From: a bacterium
GTDB taxonomy: Archaea > Thermoplasmatota > E2 > JACPAO01 > JAHFTW01
Direction of reading: 5' to 3'
Length of the DNA: 64,000 nucleotides
Assembly: GCA_040390065.1 (NCBI GenBank)
Contig: JAZJZE010000001.1
Coordinates: 357,769 to 421,768, forward strand
Positions 9,709-19,298 of the stretch are shown piece by piece (position 1 is the first letter of the stretch; each line of letters starts with the position of its first letter). The notes under the pieces were generated by a model. It saw nothing but the letters and a program-made list of their open reading frames with translations. It had not been told where the DNA came from and searched no databases. Position numbers and translations under genes: made by a program.

Positions 9709-10269
9709 GTGGTCTTCGGCCGCGTGGTGGTGCCGGGACCTTCGAGTCGACATCGGCTACGCAAGCCGAACGTGAATCGCAACCGCATCGAGGACACGGT
9801 CCGGCGCAGTCCGGGTGTCACCAAGAGCGAGTTGGCGCGCCTTTTGGGGCTTGGCTGGGGGACCATCTCCCATCACTTGGCCTTCCTCGAAAGCCAGGGC
9901 ATCGTTGCGGCGTTCCCCGTCGGCAAGGGCGTACGCCTGTACCCGGCTGGGCGCCCCGAGGCCCGTCTTCTCGCCGTCCTGTCGGATGGTCCCGGCGCCG
10001 CGCTCACGGCATTGCTGGCGCACCGCCCCGGCCAGACGCTCAGCGACCTGAGCCGCGGCCTCGGAATCTCCCGCAAGATCGTCCGCCGCCACCTCGGGCA
10101 GTTGGGCCGCGAGGGACTCGTCGGCGAGGCCGGCATGCACCGGCGCCGCTACTTCCTCCATGAAGGCGCGGCCGAGCGGGCCCAAGGCCTGCCCATCGAG
10201 GCTCCGGCGCCGCGCCTCTTCGTCGTCGCGAACCAACCGGTGCTCCAGTCGGCAAGTCAGCCGGGGTAA
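9709..10269 (+). CDS. Tandem winged-HTH transcriptional regulator
   Basis: PGVTKSELARLLGLGWGTISHHLAFLE and PGQTLSDLSRGLGISRKIVRRHLGQL. Confidence 0.8.
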   Translation: MVFGRVVVPGPSSRHRLRKPNVNRNRIEDTVRRSPGVTKSELARLLGLGWGTISHHLAFLESQGIVAAFPVGKGVRLYPAGRPEARLLAVLSDGPGAALTALLAHRPGQTLSDLSRGLGISRKIVRRHLGQLGREGLVGEAGMHRRRYFLHEGAAERAQGLPIEAPAPRLFVVANQPVLQSASQPG

Positions 10270-10272
10270 GGT

Positions 10273-11673
10273 CTACGCTTCGTCGACGGCGTCGCCAACG
10301 CGGCCGGCCGCGACGCCGCCACCGCCCATCTGCGCGCCCGTCTTCGAGGTCTTCACGAAGACGCGCGGCTTGCGCAGCACGAACTCATCGAAGAACGCTG
10401 CCCAGGCGACGATGCTCAGCATGGTGTAATACACGGGGAGGAAGGGCAGGGCGGCCACTTCGCGCCATTCGTGGCGGACACCGTCGATGGCATCGCGCAC
10501 CATCATCGTGGCCCAGGACACAAACGGCGCCACGGCGGCCGCCGTCCAGATCCAAGTCCATTGCGACGGCAAGGCCCCCACGTCGTACCCGAAGCGCCCA
10601 AGGATGCCAAGCGGCAGCAGCAGGATCAGCGCCATCGGGATGAAGACGTATACGAACGTGAGGTACAGGTCGAGGCGCGGCAGGGCACGCACGCGCAGGC
10701 GATGGATGCGCGGCAAGTAGTGGGCTGCAACCTGGAACCAGCCGCGCGCCCAGCGCTTGCGTTGCGCCCACCAGGCCGCAAGGCGGGCGGGGTTCTCCTC
10801 GTGGGTCTGGATGCCCGGGTCGACGCGCAGGCGGCCGCCGCTGGCGTGGATGCGCACCGAGTAGTCGATGTCCTCGACGAGCTGCTCCTCCGAGTAGCCG
10901 CCGACGCGGTCGAACACCGACCGCCGGAAGAACACCTGGCCACCGCCGAAGAACGTGAAGCCGGAGGCCAGCTGTCGGGCGTAGATGTCGCCGCGTTCCA
11001 GGATGTCGCGCTCGATGCGCATCATGAGCGCCAGGGGCGATTCGCGGCCGTTCAGCCCAATGGCGCGTCCCTTGATGCAGTCGAGCTTCGGGTCGGCGAG
11101 GAACCAGCGGGCGGCGCGCTGCACGGCGTCGGGCTTGAGGACTTGGTCGGCGTCGAGGCCAACGAGGATGTCGCCGTGGCACTGCGCCACACCGTCGTTG
11201 AAGGCAGCGGACTTGCCCGGCCGGCCGCCGGAGCGCTCGAACACGCGGAAGCGCGGGTCGCGTTCGGCCTGGTCGCGAAGGAGTTGCTGCGTGCCGTCGT
11301 TCGAGCGCGATTCGCAGACGTACAGGAACTCGATGCGGTCACGCGGATAGTCGACGTGGGCGAGGGCCGCCATGGACCGCGGCAGGACGTTGGCCTCGTT
11401 GTACGTGGGGATGAGGATGGTGACGCGCGGCCATTCGGCGCCGTCGGGCTTGGCGGGCGGTTCCGGGTTGCGGCGCAGCCCCGCGATGCACGAGCCGTAG
11501 GTCCGCACGAGGGGGAACGCCATGAGGGCCACGAGGACCACGCCGACCACGGCGAAGTAGTGGGGCACGAAGAAGCCGGGGACGAGCAGCAGGAGCGTGC
11601 AAGCCAGCATGGCGAGCGTGGTGGCGACGATCTCGCCCCAGTCCGGGCGGTCGCGGTGCAGGCTCACTTCCAT
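10273..11673 (-). CDS. Processive glycosyltransferase family 2 (cellulose/PNAG synthase-like)
   Basis: IPTYNE, LDAD, EDID and QRKRW motifs; N- and C-terminal TM helices. Confidence 0.9.
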   Translation of the reverse strand: MEVSLHRDRPDWGEIVATTLAMLACTLLLLVPGFFVPHYFAVVGVVLVALMAFPLVRTYGSCIAGLRRNPEPPAKPDGAEWPRVTILIPTYNEANVLPRSMAALAHVDYPRDRIEFLYVCESRSNDGTQQLLRDQAERDPRFRVFERSGGRPGKSAAFNDGVAQCHGDILVGLDADQVLKPDAVQRAARWFLADPKLDCIKGRAIGLNGRESPLALMMRIERDILERGDIYARQLASGFTFFGGGQVFFRRSVFDRVGGYSEEQLVEDIDYSVRIHASGGRLRVDPGIQTHEENPARLAAWWAQRKRWARGWFQVAAHYLPRIHRLRVRALPRLDLYLTFVYVFIPMALILLLPLGILGRFGYDVGALPSQWTWIWTAAAVAPFVSWATMMVRDAIDGVRHEWREVAALPFLPVYYTMLSIVAWAAFFDEFVLRKPRVFVKTSKTGAQMGGGGVAAGRVGDAVDEA

Positions 11674-13094
11674 GGCATGGCCTCTTCGAGGATGGACTCC
11701 GCCCGGACGGGCGCGACGGCGGGGGCGGCGGGCAAGGCGGGCTCCGCGCCGGTTTTGGACGTCTTCACGTACACCGGCTTCGTCCGCAGCACGAACTCGT
11801 CGAGGAAGGCGCTTGCGAACACGGCGCCCTGCAGGACAAGGTAGGGCCAAAGGAGCGGCACGGCCAACCACTCGACGGCCGCGTGCTTCACGCCGTCGCG
11901 CCGGTCGTGCCACCACATGCCGATCCAGGCCACGGTGGGCATCGCCGCGAAGAAGATGCCGCCGAAGGTCTCGACGGCTTGCGGGAAGAACGTGCGGACG
12001 TGGATGCCGAGGAAGGGCATGATGACGAACGGCAGCGTCATCAGCAGCACGACCGGCAGGAGCGAGAACGCGAGGTTGTAGAACAGGTCGGCGCGCATGC
12101 CAAGCGGTGCGCGGTTCATGGTCGACAGGTGCGGCAGGTAGCGCTCCACCAGTTGCATGCCGCCGCGCGTCCAGCGCGTGCGCTGCGCCCACCACGCCGA
12201 CCAGTTGGCCGGGTGCTCCTCATGGCTAATCACGAACGGGTCGACGACAAGGCGGTAGCCGGCCTGGTGGATGCGCACCGAGAAGTCGATGTCCTCGATC
12301 AGGACCTCCTCGTCGAAGCGGCCGATCTGCTCGAACAGGCTGCGGCGGAAGAACGCCTGGCCGCCGCCGAAGAACGTGAAGCCGCCGACGACCTCGCGGA
12401 AGTAGGTCTCGCCGCGCTCGACGACGTCGCGTTCGAGCGTCGTGCACAGGGCCAGCGTCGACTCCGTCGCGTTCACGGCCATGGGGCGACCCTTCACGCA
12501 GGCGATGTTCGGGTCCGACAGGAACCAGCGCACGGCGCGCTCGATGGCGTCCGGCTTGAGGGCGTGGTCCGCGTCCAAGGAGACCAGGATTTCGCCCGTG
12601 CAGTGGTCGAGGCCGAAGTTGCACGCCGCCGCCTTGCCGCCGCGCTTGTCGTTTCGTTCGACCGGCACGATGCGCGCGTCGCGTTCGGCAAAGGAGCGGA
12701 TGATCGCGGCCGTCGCGTCGGTGCTGCGCTTCTCGTAGACGTACACGAACTCGATGCGGTCGCGGGGGTAGCGCACATGCTCCATCGCAGCCATCGTGCG
12801 TGGCAGGACCGCCGCCTCGTTGTAGGCGACGATGAGGACGGACACGGTCGGCCACTCGATGCCGTCGGGCTTTGCCGGGGGGTCCACGGGGCGTCGACCG
12901 GTCAGGATCGTGGCCGCCAGGGTGCGCACGCCGAGGATGGCCAGGCCGACGAAGCCGGCGGTGGCAAGCACGCGGAAGTAGCCGTCGACGTACAGGCCGG
13001 GGGCGAGGGCCAGGAGGAGCAGGCCGAGGCCGATGCCGAGCTTGCGCGCCACGTCGCGTGGCCGTGCGCGCCTGCCCGACAGCTTGACCTCCAT
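11664..13094 (-). CDS. Processive glycosyltransferase family 2 (paralog)
   Basis: IVAYNE, LDAD, EDID and QRTRW motifs; TM helices. Confidence 0.9.
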   Translation of the reverse strand: MEVKLSGRRARPRDVARKLGIGLGLLLLALAPGLYVDGYFRVLATAGFVGLAILGVRTLAATILTGRRPVDPPAKPDGIEWPTVSVLIVAYNEAAVLPRTMAAMEHVRYPRDRIEFVYVYEKRSTDATAAIIRSFAERDARIVPVERNDKRGGKAAACNFGLDHCTGEILVSLDADHALKPDAIERAVRWFLSDPNIACVKGRPMAVNATESTLALCTTLERDVVERGETYFREVVGGFTFFGGGQAFFRRSLFEQIGRFDEEVLIEDIDFSVRIHQAGYRLVVDPFVISHEEHPANWSAWWAQRTRWTRGGMQLVERYLPHLSTMNRAPLGMRADLFYNLAFSLLPVVLLMTLPFVIMPFLGIHVRTFFPQAVETFGGIFFAAMPTVAWIGMWWHDRRDGVKHAAVEWLAVPLLWPYLVLQGAVFASAFLDEFVLRTKPVYVKTSKTGAEPALPAAPAVAPVRAESILEEAMPWK

Positions 13095-13212
13095 CGCATT
13101 GTCTCCCGGGCAGGCCCCACCGGACCCGCCGCACCCTCGCACGACCTCCCCACATTCATGAAGGTATGGGTTGACTTCCTTCCTGGGGCGAGGAAAAAAG
13201 GCGGCGTTGCGG

Positions 13213-14973
13213 CTACCGGTGGTAGGCCGCGTCGAAGTCCTTGCGGGCCGTTGCATCCTTCAGGATGGTCGCGGCGTAGACGTCGGATCCGGCCAGCCGG
13301 CCCGCCTCGCCCGTGTGCCGTGTGTCCGCCCAGAAGACCGTGGCCGATTCCTTGCTCGTGTCCAGCCCGATGTAGTCGCCGATGAAGGGCGCGCCGCTCT
13401 GGTGGTGGCCGAGGTCGCCATCGAACGAGCGCTCCGTCACGCGCACGTTGGGGTGGAAACTGTCGCCGCCGTTGTCCGAATAGGCGTAGTACACGTCGAG
13501 CAGGCGGTTGTCCGGCGAGTTGCGCCGGTCGTACCACGCGACGTGCACCCCGCCCAGCGGGTCGACGTCGACCCAGGGCACGAATTGGTCGCCCTTCTCC
13601 GTGTCGCTGACGCGCACCGGTGCACTCCAGGCCATGCCATCGTCGGAGTGCCGCATCATGAGCTGCACGTCCGTGTTGACGCGCCCGGTCTGCTCGGCGT
13701 AGACGACGTAGCGCCGGCCATCGTGGGCCCCGCCGGATGTATCGATGGCGAGCACCGGGTACGTGGCGACGCGGAAATGGCTGGGTCCGGTTCCGTCGCG
13801 CGGGCCGACGCTTGGGTCGGACTTGATGGGCGAGATGGTGAACGTCGACATGACGGGGGCGAAAACGGTGCCGCCGGGTGTGACCGTCCCTTCCGTGTAC
13901 GACAGTTGGTCGCCGTTCGGGTGGACGCCCACGGGCAGGGTTCCGTCGGTGTCGGCCGCCCAGATGACAGCGACGCGCGGCATGCCGCCGGGACCGTTGG
14001 GCAGATACTGCGGCATGGAGAATTGCGAATCGAGGCCGCTCGACGTGCCGGGGGCGAACGTGTGCTGCGGGCCCCAGGTCTTGCCACCGTCCATGCTCTC
14101 GCAATAACTGATGACGCTCGTCGACTGCGCGAGCAGGCCGGTCGGGTCGGGGACGCCGCTGGGCAGCGGCGGCGTCGAGTAGTACGGTGTCCACGTCACG
14201 ATCGCATGGTCGCCGCCCGGCTGCAACGCGAACCACTGCTTGTCATTGAATTGGATGCCGTTGTCGCCGACACCGCAGAACGAGATGGCGCCGAAGGTCT
14301 TGCCGCCGTCCGTGCTGGTTGCGAAGTAGATCTGTGTTGCCGTGGTGGCGTCCGTCGACCCCGGATAGACCGGGTTGGGCTGGCTCGGAACCTGACCGGC
14401 ATGCGCACCGCCGTAGTTGAGGCCCGAGAACACGAAGGTGCCATCGTCGTCGAACGCCACGACCGGGTCCGTGTTGCAGGTGTTTCCAGAGATGGCGCTT
14501 GGACGCTTGTCGCCGGGGAAGCCAGGCATGAGGTCGTCGTTCCACGTCAGGCCGCCGTCCAGGCTGGAGAACGTGCCCATCCACACGTTGTATTTCCCGC
14601 AACCTGCGCCGCCCCCGAGGTAGGAGACCGTGTAGTCCTTCGCGCCGCCCGCGACGTTGAGCGGGTTCGTCGGATTCACGGCGACGGACACCTCGTTGCC
14701 CGGCCCATGCTGCGTCGTCCAGTCCATCGTGTGGTTGTCGACGAGCGGATGCGTCACGCGATGGTTGCACTCGTCGATGCCGGCCTGCGACGCCGCCGCC
14801 CCGATGCGGTAGCCGGCATTGCACAGGAAGATGGTGTACGGTGCGGCGCCCGCCAGGTCGGAGTCGGTCGCCGTCGGGGGCAACGCCGGCCCCGTGTCGT
14901 CGCTGCCGCCGAAACAGCCGGCCAGCAAGGGGACCAGAAACGCCGCCAGGGCAAGTGCGGGCTTTGCCTTCAT
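13213..14973 (-). CDS. Lipoprotein with BNR/Asp-box repeats (sialidase-like beta-propeller)
   Basis: Lipobox LAGC; Asp-boxes SLDGGLTW, STDGGKTF, SMDGGKTW, SDNGGDSF; FIGDY motif. Confidence 0.85.
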   Translation of the reverse strand: MKAKPALALAAFLVPLLAGCFGGSDDTGPALPPTATDSDLAGAAPYTIFLCNAGYRIGAAASQAGIDECNHRVTHPLVDNHTMDWTTQHGPGNEVSVAVNPTNPLNVAGGAKDYTVSYLGGGAGCGKYNVWMGTFSSLDGGLTWNDDLMPGFPGDKRPSAISGNTCNTDPVVAFDDDGTFVFSGLNYGGAHAGQVPSQPNPVYPGSTDATTATQIYFATSTDGGKTFGAISFCGVGDNGIQFNDKQWFALQPGGDHAIVTWTPYYSTPPLPSGVPDPTGLLAQSTSVISYCESMDGGKTWGPQHTFAPGTSSGLDSQFSMPQYLPNGPGGMPRVAVIWAADTDGTLPVGVHPNGDQLSYTEGTVTPGGTVFAPVMSTFTISPIKSDPSVGPRDGTGPSHFRVATYPVLAIDTSGGAHDGRRYVVYAEQTGRVNTDVQLMMRHSDDGMAWSAPVRVSDTEKGDQFVPWVDVDPLGGVHVAWYDRRNSPDNRLLDVYYAYSDNGGDSFHPNVRVTERSFDGDLGHHQSGAPFIGDYIGLDTSKESATVFWADTRHTGEAGRLAGSDVYAATILKDATARKDFDAAYHR

Positions 14974-15040
14974 GCTGCAACGGCACTGGCCTGCGCTTCA
15001 TCACGTTTGGGGCATTGGTGCGGATGGAGCCGGCCTTCCG

Positions 15041-16384
15041 TCAGTACGATTCCAAGGTACGCTGCAGGCGGCACCGGGCCAGGAGGTCCGCATGGGCCTG
15101 CCACGTCTTGAACTGGCAGTGCCGGTCGATGTGGCGCAGTGCGGATTCGACGTCTTCGAAGACGAGCGGCCGAGCGGCCATCGTCAAGCGGGACACTTCG
15201 CGCACGACCCAGACGCCAAGCGGTGTCGTGTAGTCGTCGGTAATCTCGCGTAGGACGATTGCGGTCGCCTGGCGGCCAGTCGCAATCATGTGTTCGAGGA
15301 CGGCCAGTCGCGTGGCGTAGTATCCCCCCGCGGTGGCGGCGTACGTCGTGCGGCCCGCGTGGTCTTCCCAGTCCGCCTCCACGATCCCGGATGCCCCCTC
15401 GGCCAGGGGCATGCCAGAGCTGGCCCAAAAACTCCCCTTCAGCCAGGCCTCGATGGATTCGAACCCCCAAACGCGCGGCAGCAGAAGCGCGAAAAAGCGG
15501 TTGCCGAAGCGCTCGCCGACGTGCAGAATCGGTTTGTCGATGGTCGGCAGGTCACGCACCTTCTCGATCAAGGCCTTGCCGACCTGGTCGTCCGTCGCCG
15601 TGATGGCCCAACGCGTCGGCACGAGCTTGCGGTTCTGCCCGAGGCCGAGCAGGCCCGCCGAGAGCACCCGTTCCAATTGGTACACCGAGGTGCCGCCGGC
15701 GTACAGGCCCGCGATGGCTTCGCCGGCCCGCAAGTCGGTGTCGCCCGCCGCGCGTTCGAGGGGCCGCTCGACGCGCACGTTCTCGGCAAGTGTGGCGCGC
15801 TCCACTTCGGCGCTCGGCCCGTGCGGTGGGGCAAAGTCGCCCACGGTCGGGGCACCGAAACGCGGGGCTTTTGCCAGATGCACCTCGGTGTCGATGGGCC
15901 GGGCGGCGAGCGCGAGCTCTTGGCTGAGGCGGGTGATGCGGTCGGGGGAGAACACGTCGCCGGCAAGCCGCGCCACGTCGCGCACGGCCACTTTGTGCGT
16001 GGTGCGCAGCAGGCTCGAGCGCAGGCCCACGATGTCCGGGATGGTCATGCCAAGCCACTCTGCGGGCGAGTCGAGGCGGCGCGCGGCGTCGGCCTCGCGG
16101 TGCTCGGGGGGCAACATCGGGCCGATTGCCACATTGGGGTATCCATGGCGGCCGACGAACAGGCTCGGCGGCGAACTGCCAAACACGTCGCGCCCCAGAT
16201 GTCCCCCCTCGCGCACGACCTTGGGCATCTGCGAGCGGATCTTCTGCAACAGCGGGCAGGGGTCGTAGCCGCAGAGCATTCTCGCCCCCTTGCACGAGAC
16301 GCAGAGCCTCGGGTCGATGGTGGCGAGGACCTGATCCAGCTCCGTGCCGTCGCCATGGCCACCACACGCTTTAAGAATCCCCAA
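15041..16384 (-). CDS. nreA: Nre family DNA repair protein
   Basis: CxxC-K-G...CG...CP Zn site, GSSPPSLFVG..GYP, LVPTRWAITATDD, C-terminal PIP-like QRTLESY; start uncertain. Confidence 0.9.
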   Translation of the reverse strand: MGILKACGGHGDGTELDQVLATIDPRLCVSCKGARMLCGYDPCPLLQKIRSQMPKVVREGGHLGRDVFGSSPPSLFVGRHGYPNVAIGPMLPPEHREADAARRLDSPAEWLGMTIPDIVGLRSSLLRTTHKVAVRDVARLAGDVFSPDRITRLSQELALAARPIDTEVHLAKAPRFGAPTVGDFAPPHGPSAEVERATLAENVRVERPLERAAGDTDLRAGEAIAGLYAGGTSVYQLERVLSAGLLGLGQNRKLVPTRWAITATDDQVGKALIEKVRDLPTIDKPILHVGERFGNRFFALLLPRVWGFESIEAWLKGSFWASSGMPLAEGASGIVEADWEDHAGRTTYAATAGGYYATRLAVLEHMIATGRQATAIVLREITDDYTTPLGVWVVREVSRLTMAARPLVFEDVESALRHIDRHCQFKTWQAHADLLARCRLQRTLESY

Positions 16385-16398
16385 GGGGAGGCCGACAC

Positions 16399-17820
16399 AT
16401 GGGCAGGGCCACCGTCGCAGTCGCCGTCTTGGCGCTGTTTGCCGCGGGGTGCGCCGTGCCCGCGCCGACCCATCTGCCCGGTCGGACGCCGCCCGAGACG
16501 CCGCTCGAGATCCCGACCGTGGGCGTCATGGAAGGCGCCTTCGCGGTCATGCATCGTGGCGGCACCTTGTCCTTCGGCTTGTCCGCAGGCGCAGCCAACC
16601 TCACGCTCTTTGCGCCCGACGACCACCGCGTCGCCGGCTTCCGACTCGATACGATCCACGCACGCCTCGACATGCAGGCGGCCGCGGGTGAATACGTCAT
16701 GGTCGCCGTGCCGCAGAGGCAGGTCGCCATCGGGTTCTGGGTCGCGTCGGCGGGGGAAACGCTGCCCGTGCTGCGCAAGTTGCCGTGGGTGTCCGGATTC
16801 GCCGTGCTCGCCGATGACAACTCCTTGCCGACCGAAGGCATGCTGCCGGGCGCCGGCCCATCGGTCCGCCAAGTGAACGTGACCGTGGAGGCGCCCCCTG
16901 TGTGGGCCGTGGCACTCGTCGCCGCCGGCGAATACCAGGACCTTGAAGTCGAGTTGCACACCGACGCGGGCGCCCTCCTCGAGGCCAGCAGTGCCGGGAG
17001 CCCGTTCGGCCTGCTCGTGCCCCTGCCCGCCCTGCAAGGCCATCAGGAGTGGAGCGTGCCTGCAAAGACCTACCTCGGCAGCGCCTCGGGCCACGTGGTG
17101 GCTGGCGTCGTGCGCTACACGGCCCTCGACGGCGCCATTCTGCTGACCTGGACGACGTACAGCCGGGCGGGTCACCTCTCCGCGGTCGCCACGGAGCCCT
17201 CCCCGACCGGCTTCTCGTACGGTCCGCTCGGGCCTCGCCCGCTCTTGGCCCACGTCAGCGGCGACGCCGCGAAGCTGACCCTTGCAGCGCCGGACCCCAT
17301 GGCCGGCCCCGGCATCGTGCAAGTGTGGGACCCGGACGATCACCCCCTCGGGCCGTTTCGCGTCCCTGCGGGTGCCAACGTCAGCCTGCCCGTGCACCGT
17401 GGCGGCGCCTACATCTTCCTCGTCCTCAACGGCACGGTCGAACTCGGGGCCGACGACGCCCCGGCGGACCAGTCCCTGTACACGTTGCCGGTGGAGGCAC
17501 AGCAATTCCCCCTCCGCCGCAGCAGCGTGAGCGGCCGCTTCGTCGAGGAGACGCAACCCATGGCCGTGGCAACGGGCGCAGTCCCCTTCGGCTTGCAGGC
17601 ATCCGTCATTTCGCCCTCCACGGCAATCGGATTCTGCTCCGACGACGTCCACCTCCAGGTCTTGCAGGGGAACGCGACGATCGGCTCGAACGGCCCGGGC
17701 GACTGGTGGCAGGCGGCCATTTTCATGGACGGGCAGCCACTGCAGATCCATTCGACGGGCTTCGGCGAGGACAGCTGCGAGCAAGCCGGCGTCGACCTCT
17801 TGTCCTTTTCCCGCCCGTAG
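16399..17820 (+). CDS. Hypothetical lipoprotein
   Basis: Lipobox AAGC; TATA-like TTTAAG ~25 nt upstream. Confidence 0.7.
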   Translation: MGRATVAVAVLALFAAGCAVPAPTHLPGRTPPETPLEIPTVGVMEGAFAVMHRGGTLSFGLSAGAANLTLFAPDDHRVAGFRLDTIHARLDMQAAAGEYVMVAVPQRQVAIGFWVASAGETLPVLRKLPWVSGFAVLADDNSLPTEGMLPGAGPSVRQVNVTVEAPPVWAVALVAAGEYQDLEVELHTDAGALLEASSAGSPFGLLVPLPALQGHQEWSVPAKTYLGSASGHVVAGVVRYTALDGAILLTWTTYSRAGHLSAVATEPSPTGFSYGPLGPRPLLAHVSGDAAKLTLAAPDPMAGPGIVQVWDPDDHPLGPFRVPAGANVSLPVHRGGAYIFLVLNGTVELGADDAPADQSLYTLPVEAQQFPLRRSSVSGRFVEETQPMAVATGAVPFGLQASVISPSTAIGFCSDDVHLQVLQGNATIGSNGPGDWWQAAIFMDGQPLQIHSTGFGEDSCEQAGVDLLSFSRP

Positions 17821-17865
17821 CCGCACGGCCCCGGGCCTTATGAGTCGCCGGACCTTGGCGCCCGC

Positions 17866-19215
17866 GTGGACCTCGTCTGCCCCCTCGATTTCCGCTACGG
17901 CCGCCCGGAGATGAAGGCCCTGTGGACGGAAGAGCGGCGCCTGCGGTACCTGCTGCAAGTCGAGGCGGCACTCGCCCACGCCCACGCCGCCACGGGCACC
18001 ATCCCGAAGGACGCGGCCAAGCGCCTGCAGAAGGTCGCCGATTCGGGCAAGGTCAAGGCGGACCGCGTCAAGGCCATCGAGGCCGAGATCAAGCACGACC
18101 TCATGGCGGTCGTCAAGGCGATGACGGAGGTCGCGGGCGCCGCCGATGGCAAGTACATCCACCTCGGGGCGACGAGTTACGACATCATCGACACGGCCAA
18201 CTCGCTGCAGTTCCGCGACGCCATCGCCGTGCTTCGCGGCGGCCTGCGCGCTCTTCGCGACGCCCTCCTCAAGCAGGCCGATGCCCACCGGCACACGACC
18301 ATGCTCGGCCGCACACACGGACAAGCCGCCGTCCCCATCACATTCGGTCTCAAGATGGCCGTGTTCGCAAGCGAAGTCGGGCGCCACCTCGAGCGCCTCG
18401 CCGAGGTCGAACCCCGCGTCGCCGTCGGCATGATGAGCGGCGCCACGGGCAGCATGGCGGCCTTCCGCGGCAAGGGCATCCAGGTCCAAGCCGCCGTGTG
18501 CGCCAAACTCGGCCTTCGGCCCGTGACGGCGTCGACCCAGATCATCCAGCGCGACCGCTACATCGAACTCTTTGGCCTCATCGCGAACATCGCGACCAGC
18601 CTTGAGAAGTTCAGCACCGAAGTGCGCACCCTGCAGCGCAGCGAGATCGGCGAAGTGGCCGAGGGCTTCGACGCCAAGAAGCAGGTCGGCAGCTCCACCA
18701 TGCCGCACAAGCAGAACCCCATCACCTCGGAACAAGTCACAGGACTTGCCCGCCTCGTTCGCTCGATGGTCTTGCCTGTGTGGGAGAACGCCGTGCAATG
18801 GAACGAGCGCGACTTGGCCAACTCGGCGCCAGAGCGCTTCCTGCACCCGCACGCCTTCATCCTCCTCGACCACATCACGCACCAGATGGCCAAAGTCTTC
18901 CGTGAACTGCGGGTCCGCCCAGACCGGATGCAGGACAACATGGACCGCGCCCAGGGCCTCATGATGGCCGAATCGGTCATGATCTCGTTGACCGAGAAGG
19001 GCGTCGGCCGGCAGGAAGCCCACGAGATGTCGCGCGCAGCCTCGATGAAGGCCATCGCCAAGAACGTCCACCTGCGCGTCGCCCTCGCCGCCGACAAGCG
19101 CATCGTCAAGCTGCTTGGCAAGAAAGGCCTCGCCGACGCGATGGACCCGGCCAAGTACGTCGGCCCCGTCGACGCCATCATCGACCAGGTCATCGCCGAG
19201 ACGAAGTCGTTGTGA
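17866..19215 (+). CDS. purB: Adenylosuccinate lyase
   Basis: HLGATSYD, GRTHGQ, GSSTMPHKQNP. Confidence 0.97.
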   Translation: MDLVCPLDFRYGRPEMKALWTEERRLRYLLQVEAALAHAHAATGTIPKDAAKRLQKVADSGKVKADRVKAIEAEIKHDLMAVVKAMTEVAGAADGKYIHLGATSYDIIDTANSLQFRDAIAVLRGGLRALRDALLKQADAHRHTTMLGRTHGQAAVPITFGLKMAVFASEVGRHLERLAEVEPRVAVGMMSGATGSMAAFRGKGIQVQAAVCAKLGLRPVTASTQIIQRDRYIELFGLIANIATSLEKFSTEVRTLQRSEIGEVAEGFDAKKQVGSSTMPHKQNPITSEQVTGLARLVRSMVLPVWENAVQWNERDLANSAPERFLHPHAFILLDHITHQMAKVFRELRVRPDRMQDNMDRAQGLMMAESVMISLTEKGVGRQEAHEMSRAASMKAIAKNVHLRVALAADKRIVKLLGKKGLADAMDPAKYVGPVDAIIDQVIAETKSL

Positions 19216-19298
19216 ATCCGCGGGACCGGCGGGCCGCCTGGGCCTGTCGTAGCCACAAGGGATAACCTCCCGTTGCATCGTCTGCGACCAGGATTCCC

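Noticed and set aside
16045-19278. 1077-aa minus-strand ORF and many other long antisense ORFs
   Set aside because: These are shadow ORFs of real high-GC genes (purB, r-proteins, secY, CLC) with no recognisable motifs.
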